A DNA stretch of 28,882 nt from an uncultured Candidatus Bathyarchaeia archaeon. Its GTDB lineage: Archaea; Thermoproteota; Bathyarchaeia; RBG-16-48-13; JAGMEO01. The translations under genes were made by a program, and so were the position numbers. The notes under the pieces are model-generated. The model ran no database searches. It was given only the letters and a program-made list of their open reading frames with translations, and had not been told where the DNA came from. The stretch is taken from the NCBI GenBank assembly GCA_964481305.1, contig CAYZTF010000001.1, positions 3,575 through 32,456 of the forward strand, read 5' to 3'. Positions 23,185 to 28,882 of the stretch are shown here, one piece after another; position 1 is the first letter of the stretch; each line of letters starts with the position of its first letter.

Positions 23185-24015
23185 CTATCTGGCGTAGACT
23201 TCGACGAGGTCGCGGGCCGTGATTATACCTATGATCTCTTTCTTTTTGACCACAGGAAGGCGTTTAATGTGTTTCTTCGCCATCGTATAAGCTGCCTTAT
23301 GTATGGTTGTTCCGGAAGGTATGGTAATTAAAGGCGACGATGCTGCCACTCCGACCAGCGTGCTTAAGTTACCGCCTCTGGCAAGGAAACTAGTGAGGAG
23401 ATCTCTTTCTGTGAATATTCCACAGTGCTTCCCATCGCGGTTGACCAAAACGCTGCCAATTCTCTTTTTCCCCATTACCCTCGCTACTTCGCTGATGGTA
23501 AGATCTTCATCAACTGATATGACGCTTTTCGTCGTGAAATCGTCTACTTTTAATGAGGTTTCAGGACTCGCTGGCAGACTTTTGATCAGGTCTGAAGCCG
23601 TTACAATTCCAACCAAGTCTTTACCTTTGAAAACTACCAGCCTACCCTTCCTTTCGATCATCAGCTTGGCCGCCTCTTTCACTGTGGCCTTCGGTTCAAC
23701 GGCGATAAGCGGAGTGGACATCGCTTCCTTGACCTCAACATTCTTGGGGTCTTTTCCCAAAGCTAAGACGCGGCTCAAAATATCACGCTCCGTGATTATG
23801 GCCCAAGGCTTCCCCTCACGCAAAACAATCAAACTTCCGATATGTTTCTCTCCCATGATCTTCGCCGCTTCGGCTACAGAGGCTTTCTCACCGATGGTTA
23901 ATGGTTCTTTACTCATGATTTCCTCGACAAGTTTAACCTTAGAAAGCTCGTCCGTATATTGTCTGAAAGCTCTATCCATAGGGCTTGGAAACTCTTTAGA
24001 GAGATCTCGCCCCAT
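23185..24015 (-). CDS. 4xCBS domain protein
   Basis: Two near-duplicated CBS pairs (IITERDIL / IFTERDLL). ATG 24015 follows GAGGAGGGAG. Confidence 0.88.
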   Translation of the reverse strand: MGRDLSKEFPSPMDRAFRQYTDELSKVKLVEEIMSKEPLTIGEKASVAEAAKIMGEKHIGSLIVLREGKPWAIITERDILSRVLALGKDPKNVEVKEAMSTPLIAVEPKATVKEAAKLMIERKGRLVVFKGKDLVGIVTASDLIKSLPASPETSLKVDDFTTKSVISVDEDLTISEVARVMGKKRIGSVLVNRDGKHCGIFTERDLLTSFLARGGNLSTLVGVAASSPLITIPSGTTIHKAAYTMAKKHIKRLPVVKKKEIIGIITARDLVEVYAR

Positions 24016-24171
24016 TCTCTCCCTCCTCATTTTGTATAATTTGAACATTCAAATATTTGAATTTACGCTCTTTTTAACCGCCCTTGATAATCTACTTAGC
24101 CTTCCAGATGAAAGGGCTTAGCTGCTTAGAAGGCGATAGTTCGCTACACATGTGGAGAATCAGGTTTGTAT

Positions 24172-24426
24172 TTAACCACCAGAAACTAGAGGAACAACAT
24201 CGAATTCGAAACTATCTATCTGATTTTTTGGGTTCAGGAGAATATTCTGGCCTTTGGAAAAGATTCCGATATCCGTGCCTTTCAGATTGTATTTCTTCGT
24301 GAATACAATGAAAAAGTCTTCATAAGTTGATCCTCCAGGTAATGAGAATTCTTCTTCCTTTGGAACATTTAGTTGTTCCCTTATACGCGAAGTCACATAA
24401 TTTACTTTGATTTTTAGCTCTCCCAT
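24172..24426 (-). CDS. MoaD/ThiS-like ubiquitin-fold protein (SAMP)
   Basis: About 84 aa beta-grasp pattern ending VVPLVSGG-stop. Confidence 0.8.
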   Translation of the reverse strand: MGELKIKVNYVTSRIREQLNVPKEEEFSLPGGSTYEDFFIVFTKKYNLKGTDIGIFSKGQNILLNPKNQIDSFEFDVVPLVSGG

Positions 24427-24605
24427 AAACACACATCCATAATTGAATTTGGCAGATTCTTAAACCATTGGTTTCACACGCCCTTTGATACGCCTATCTG
24501 ATGAGCACGTCTTTCTATGGATTAATGGGAAATAATTCTTTATTTACCACTCCAGATTTAAGTAGCAAAAAACATGTTTTGGATAACGGACCGGAAGCAG
24601 GGCCC

Positions 24606-25247
24606 ATGCAAGTAACATTGGTGAACTATACTAAAGATGGAATCAAGACGATAGCGAACGCTGTAAGAGTTACGGGTCCCTTCTTTGAGCAGATGCCAGA
24701 TGAAAAGCTCGTACGATATATGGTTAAGCATGACTATGGTTCAGCTCTCGAGCATGTGTCGTTCACTTTTGAGTTGAAGGATATAAGCGTGGCCGTATCA
24801 AGAGAACTCTTGGAGCACCGGGTAACCTCCCACACGGCGAAGAGTACAAGATACGTGAGCGAGGCAGGCGGCCTCCGATACTACACGCCTCCAAAGATAG
24901 AAGAGCCGCTTCTAGCAAAGTACAAAGAACATATGAGCTCGGTTTTTGAACTCTACAAGAAGATCGAAGAAGAAGTGGATCGAGAGTCGGCTAGGTACGT
25001 TCTACCCATGGCCCTTAAATGCACGTACGTTTGGACGATTAACGCTCGTTCTCTCCTAAACTTCTTAAGGCTTCGACTTTGCAAGAATGCGGCGCCAGAG
25101 ATGCGGGAATTGGCCATCGAGGTTAAGGACGAAGCCATGAGGGCTTATCCAGAAATATTTGAAAACGTTGACTGTAGAGGCTCTCAATGGGGAGTCTGCC
25201 CTGAACCGAAAAAAAGAAGCTGCGGAAAATTTCCTCAGAAAAAGTAG
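24606..25247 (+). CDS. thyX: flavin-dependent thymidylate synthase
   Basis: HDYGSALEHVSFTF, EHRx7S-TRY, ESARYVLP, NARSLLNFLRLR, EMRELA. Confidence 0.85.
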   Translation: MQVTLVNYTKDGIKTIANAVRVTGPFFEQMPDEKLVRYMVKHDYGSALEHVSFTFELKDISVAVSRELLEHRVTSHTAKSTRYVSEAGGLRYYTPPKIEEPLLAKYKEHMSSVFELYKKIEEEVDRESARYVLPMALKCTYVWTINARSLLNFLRLRLCKNAAPEMRELAIEVKDEAMRAYPEIFENVDCRGSQWGVCPEPKKRSCGKFPQKK

Positions 25248-25316
25248 AAGTGCCGCTTTCGTGTGCGCATGCGCTTCACCAGGCCATGATACCTTTAAAA
25301 TAGAATTGTTCTGGTG

Positions 25317-25661
25317 CTAATTACTCTCTCTGTTCTTGCGCCCGCACGAGTAAGCCAGCAGACAAAAACACAGAGTCGACATCAGATACCAAGCAGGAAC
25401 GAACATACCATACATATCAACTGAGAGGGTTATGAAAGCGGACCACAATGAACTAAAATCGAAGCCTACGGTTAGATGGAGCCCTATCAGGATGCCCCTT
25501 TGACTTGGGCCAGAAAATGAAGAGAGGCTTGATTGCATCAGACTAGTCAACGGAAACGTTGAAAATTCAACCAGAACTAGGTTCAATGTAAAAACGGGGT
25601 TGGAGACCGACGGGCAGAAAAGGAGAAATATTGACAATGAGGCTATTCCAGTGCAGACCAT
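25317..25661 (-). CDS. possible small membrane protein
   Basis: Open frame filling the thyX-MBL gap with hydrophobic stretches. No recognised family. Confidence 0.35.
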   Translation of the reverse strand: MVCTGIASLSIFLLFCPSVSNPVFTLNLVLVEFSTFPLTSLMQSSLSSFSGPSQRGILIGLHLTVGFDFSSLWSAFITLSVDMYGMFVPAWYLMSTLCFCLLAYSCGRKNRESN

Positions 25662-25710
25662 TATCGAACATGTACGGGATAACTCCAGAGGGCGGACAGA
25701 AACAAGGTAG

Positions 25711-26322
25711 TTAGGGCTCTTCCATGAACTCGATGAACTGATCCAAAGTTCGTTTTTCAAGCGTGTAATTGGTCTTTTTCTCTTCTCCTATAGTTGAATA
25801 TGGCGCTCGCCCATAATCGTGTCCTGGATAGACTTTAACGTCTTCGTCAAGCTTCATCAACTTGCCGAACAAACTATGGTACATGTCTCTAGCGCTACCA
25901 CCCGGCATATCCGTTCTTCCACACTCTCCCACAAAGAGCGTATCCCCTGTAAGTAGTTTGTCTCCTACCAGAAGGCATATACTATCGAAGGTGTGTCCCG
26001 GCGTATGAATTATTTTGATATCTAACTTACCAATTTTTAGAACGTCGCCACCGACCACGCCGACTTCCTTATCTGCCTTCGATGAACGGTAAGCCACTAC
26101 TTTGCCGCCGAGCTTCGATAAGATTTCGCCATTACCTGCAGTATGATCCCAATGACCATGAGTGTCTATTATATACTTCACGGTCAGTCTATGTTCCTTT
26201 ATTACTCGAATTATTACGTCCGCGTTAGAACTTGGGTCCACAACCGCTGCTTCTTTTGTTTCCCCGTCCCCTACGACATAGGAGAAGTTGTCGCCTTTTG
26301 CTTTAATCTGTCTGAAGTACAT
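25711..26322 (-). CDS. MBL-fold metallo-hydrolase (glyoxalase II / ETHE1-like)
   Basis: THGHWDH, HTPGHT, TGDTLFVGECGRTD, PGHDY. Confidence 0.92.
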   Translation of the reverse strand: MYFRQIKAKGDNFSYVVGDGETKEAAVVDPSSNADVIIRVIKEHRLTVKYIIDTHGHWDHTAGNGEILSKLGGKVVAYRSSKADKEVGVVGGDVLKIGKLDIKIIHTPGHTFDSICLLVGDKLLTGDTLFVGECGRTDMPGGSARDMYHSLFGKLMKLDEDVKVYPGHDYGRAPYSTIGEEKKTNYTLEKRTLDQFIEFMEEP

Positions 26323-26375
26323 AGCAATCTCCTACGATTTCGTCCCAACATTCTTTGAGCCCAATGGGTCATATT

Positions 26376-27758
26376 TTAAAAAGATGAGCCGCGAAGATAC
26401 TCTTTAGCCGGCAGCAACTCTAGGCTCATACCCATTCTAGACAGAACTTGCAGGTCTTTGACACAGCCCACACTGGCGTCTATGTTGTCGTAAACAGGAT
26501 GAGCCCACATTTTCTCTGGCACTACGTTGAACTGCAATGGAATTCTTGCTGAAACCCCATATCTATTCCATAACGTCTTGGAAAAAACAGTACTGAAATA
26601 CGAGCGGACAGAGGTGTAACTTTTTACTAGTTCAGAGGCCCCGAAAGCTCCAATCCCATGCCACAGTACGACGTCTTCAGGTGAAGCTATCGAGTATATG
26701 ATGAATTGAGGCGACGCTGGCGTTTCATGGAAGTCGTAATTTAAGATTTTTTCTCCAGAAACCTCAAATTCGTCGTCTGCATTCGCAAAACTCACGTCCT
26801 TTGGGTCTATAGCATTTGGATACAGAGGCGTTGGCCTGTAGGCCACTTTGAGGCTCTTCAGCTCAGTTCCTTTGAAGTATATCTTTCCTCTAGCTGCACG
26901 TTTTGAGCCATATCCCTTGGTTGAGTGAGGAAGCAGAAGCAGGGTCGTCCTGTTCTTCATACTTCTTCCCATGCAATGATAGATTTGTTCAACGGCTGCA
27001 TAGTCTTTGTGGTTTTCTCTGATAACATAGTGCAATAGGCCGTTGCTCGTCTCATTTTCCAAGACTGTATGAGGCATCCGCATCGAAGGAAGGCAGAGCC
27101 GCATACCAAATGACTCAGAAAGACCTTCAAGCTGCTCATATTTCACTGAGTCTACCATGTCCATGTAATTGCTTTGAGAAAGACGGCTCTCTATTGTTTC
27201 AACTTCGTCTTCGGTAATAAGTGACCCCTTGTACTTCTCCACGAATTTTCTATCGATTTCTAATTCTTCGTTCTTTACGTAGGCCGCCGGAAAAGCGCTT
27301 TGTCCGGTTTCCACTATCGATTCTTTGAGTGGGTTCATCGAATACCTGTCTGGTTCTATGTCGTCCGTGTTTAGAAGAAATGAAACTGCCTTTCCCAGTG
27401 ACGGGTTCATCAACCTTTCACATATCTCGCCGATATCTCTCTTCTCAATTGCAAGCGTACTACGGTTTTCAAAGTAGTTTCCACAAACCTCAAGGAGACG
27501 AACGGCTATGATCCCTTGAAGCTCCTCCACCGTCAGTTGAGGGTTCGAGTATTCAACCGATCCCCTTAAGAATATGTGTTCGCCTTCAACAACAGTCTCT
27601 CTCTTTTGCCCTTTCTCCATGTGAAATAGGCTGGTTTTTCGCCAAAGACCTTTGAAGGCAGAAATCTTCCTCACCAAGGCCTCAATGCACGGCTTAGAGC
27701 TCTTGAGGAAGTCTTCAACAATCATTCTGCCTAAGGGTGTCGACAAGGCGTTCGTCAA
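26376..27758 (-). CDS. hypothetical protein, 460 aa, family not recognised
   Basis: Long ORF with normal composition. TTG overlaps the GNAT stop (TTGA); ATG 27725 is an alternative start. Confidence 0.85.
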   Translation of the reverse strand: MTNALSTPLGRMIVEDFLKSSKPCIEALVRKISAFKGLWRKTSLFHMEKGQKRETVVEGEHIFLRGSVEYSNPQLTVEELQGIIAVRLLEVCGNYFENRSTLAIEKRDIGEICERLMNPSLGKAVSFLLNTDDIEPDRYSMNPLKESIVETGQSAFPAAYVKNEELEIDRKFVEKYKGSLITEDEVETIESRLSQSNYMDMVDSVKYEQLEGLSESFGMRLCLPSMRMPHTVLENETSNGLLHYVIRENHKDYAAVEQIYHCMGRSMKNRTTLLLLPHSTKGYGSKRAARGKIYFKGTELKSLKVAYRPTPLYPNAIDPKDVSFANADDEFEVSGEKILNYDFHETPASPQFIIYSIASPEDVVLWHGIGAFGASELVKSYTSVRSYFSTVFSKTLWNRYGVSARIPLQFNVVPEKMWAHPVYDNIDASVGCVKDLQVLSRMGMSLELLPAKEYLRGSSF

Positions 27759-28594
27759 CCTCTTTCTAAGGATTCCGCCGCATAGATGCAGTCTTCACCG
27801 AAGGACATGCCATAAAACATCCTCACTAGACGAAAATGTTCTACAAATCCTAGATTCAGTAACGCGTCTAAGACTAGAGGGACCTTTTCTAAGACATATA
27901 TTGAAACCTCCATTCCCTCAAGATTGGCTAGGGTTGTTTTCAAGAGGTCGACGGCAACGTCTTCACGCCCTTTGCGGCAAACCATGGGCCCAACTTCAGC
28001 CACTCCGCTATACGTCTTCCCAACGATGAACCCTAAGACATTCCCATCCTCTACTTTTGAGTAGCAAAGATTGGCAGTATTTGAGAGAATTGGGTTCAGT
28101 AACTTTTCTCGAGAGGCCCCGAAGCAAAGGGCGTCTAGATCAATGATCTCTTGAATGAGCCTTGCGTACGTTTTCCCTGAACGGTTTTTGGCAATTTTTG
28201 ATGATGCTTTTCCCTTTAAAACCACTAGCGCCGAGTCTTTTTGGAAGCCGGCTCTTCCATAAAACGATACCAGATGTGGGTATGCGTACAAACCGACAGA
28301 GTCTACGCCTTTACTGGTCAGATATTCTAGGGAGTGCCCAACAAGGAGCGCCCCAACGCCCCTCTTACGATATTTTTCGCTCACGATTACGTTTCCTATC
28401 CAACCTACCCGATCGTAACTGATGGTTGTCGTTACGCCTATCTTCTCCGAATCTTCGATTGCCACAAAACAACCTTCGGGTTCTAAGTCCATCATGAACT
28501 CGAAGTCCTCTTCTGTCAGATCCCAATCCATCGTATCGGTTAGTTGAACGGCGAATTCAAAATCTTCGGCAGACATTCTCCTGACATGTACCAT
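27755..28594 (-). CDS. tandem-domain GNAT acetyltransferase (YitH-like)
   Basis: GWIGNVIVSEKYRKRGVG acetyl-CoA motif A, FYGRAGF, and a degenerate second GNAT lobe with AEVGPMV. Confidence 0.88.
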   Translation of the reverse strand: MVHVRRMSAEDFEFAVQLTDTMDWDLTEEDFEFMMDLEPEGCFVAIEDSEKIGVTTTISYDRVGWIGNVIVSEKYRKRGVGALLVGHSLEYLTSKGVDSVGLYAYPHLVSFYGRAGFQKDSALVVLKGKASSKIAKNRSGKTYARLIQEIIDLDALCFGASREKLLNPILSNTANLCYSKVEDGNVLGFIVGKTYSGVAEVGPMVCRKGREDVAVDLLKTTLANLEGMEVSIYVLEKVPLVLDALLNLGFVEHFRLVRMFYGMSFGEDCIYAAESLERG

Positions 28595-28652
28595 GCTATC
28601 AGCCCTGCAACTGAGATCTATTTTGTGAACCTACAGGCTTAACAGCCAGATA

Positions 28653-28880
28653 TTATAGCTTGAAATGCAGCCCTTCTCTCTTATCCAAGCTTTTACATCT
28701 TTCAAGTGTTGCCTTTACGATCAATGGCAAAGCGATTGTAGCGTCACAATGGCAGGTTACGTATTTGCCACCTGCTTTCTCCTTCCCCCAGCTCAGGGCC
28801 TCTTTAAAGGTACATCCCGAAAGGCCCCCCCAATGTGGAGCGTCGGTTGTGATCTGAAAACCGTAGTCGTGTCCTGCGTC
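28653..28880 (-). CDS. dys: deoxyhypusine synthase (or DHS-like), C-terminal 75 aa; absent from the ORF track, runs off the window edge
   Basis: Manual translation DAGHDYGFQITTDAPHWGGLSGCTFKEALSWGKEKAGGKYVTCHCDATIALPLIV. Contains EAxSWGK with the catalytic Lys and DATIALPL. Confidence 0.9.
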   Translation of the reverse strand, partial: DAGHDYGFQITTDAPHWGGLSGCTFKEALSWGKEKAGGKYVTCHCDATIALPLIVKATLERCKSLDKREGLHFKL

Positions 28881-28882
28881 GG

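Noticed and set aside
23303-24121. 272-aa plus-strand ORF
   Set aside because: Antisense shadow of the 4xCBS gene, with Ser/Thr/Leu-rich composition typical of reverse frames.
28660-28857. 65-aa plus-strand ORF
   Set aside because: Antisense to the clearly recognisable deoxyhypusine synthase C-terminus.
1-28882. CRISPR array, transposase, integrase or prophage
   Set aside because: No regularly spaced repeats, terminal inverted repeats, tRNA 3'-end duplications or such ORFs were seen by eye.

Overview
Archaeal core-genome window. Eukaryote-type topoisomerase IB, a PolB3-type polymerase, DUF1512 next to map, and an unlinked 5S rRNA point to a TACK archaeon, most plausibly Bathyarchaeia (inference). 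The left end holds the tiaS 3' end, two small genes, five tRNAs (iMet, Ile-GAT, Ala-CGC, Leu-TAA, Trp-CCA) carrying ten introns in total, and a stand-alone 5S rRNA. Next come DUF1512, a Zn-ribbon membrane protein, map, coaD, the aromatic aaRS block (trpS, pheS, pheT, tyrS), TOPRIM/dnaG, polB, a RimI-like acetyltransferase, pelota, aIF5A, a phosphoesterase, surE and topo IB. The right end holds two CBS proteins (one with an HPF-like tail), a SAMP, thyX and a minus-strand run of deoxyhypusine synthase (partial, absent from the ORF track), GNAT, a 460-aa orphan and an MBL hydrolase. The strongest hidden signals are: (i) a three-intron tRNA-Trp with a 10/11 intron, a leader copy of its own acceptor strand and an intron-borne C/D guide for C34; (ii) two divergent H/ACA-like RNAs between pheT and tyrS, one with a pocket matching 23S helix 71; (iii) a PdxA N-terminal fragment fused in frame to the acetyltransferase; (iv) a PolB with lost proofreading motifs. 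No CRISPR array, transposase, integrase or intein was seen. All analysis was by eye; no searches were run.
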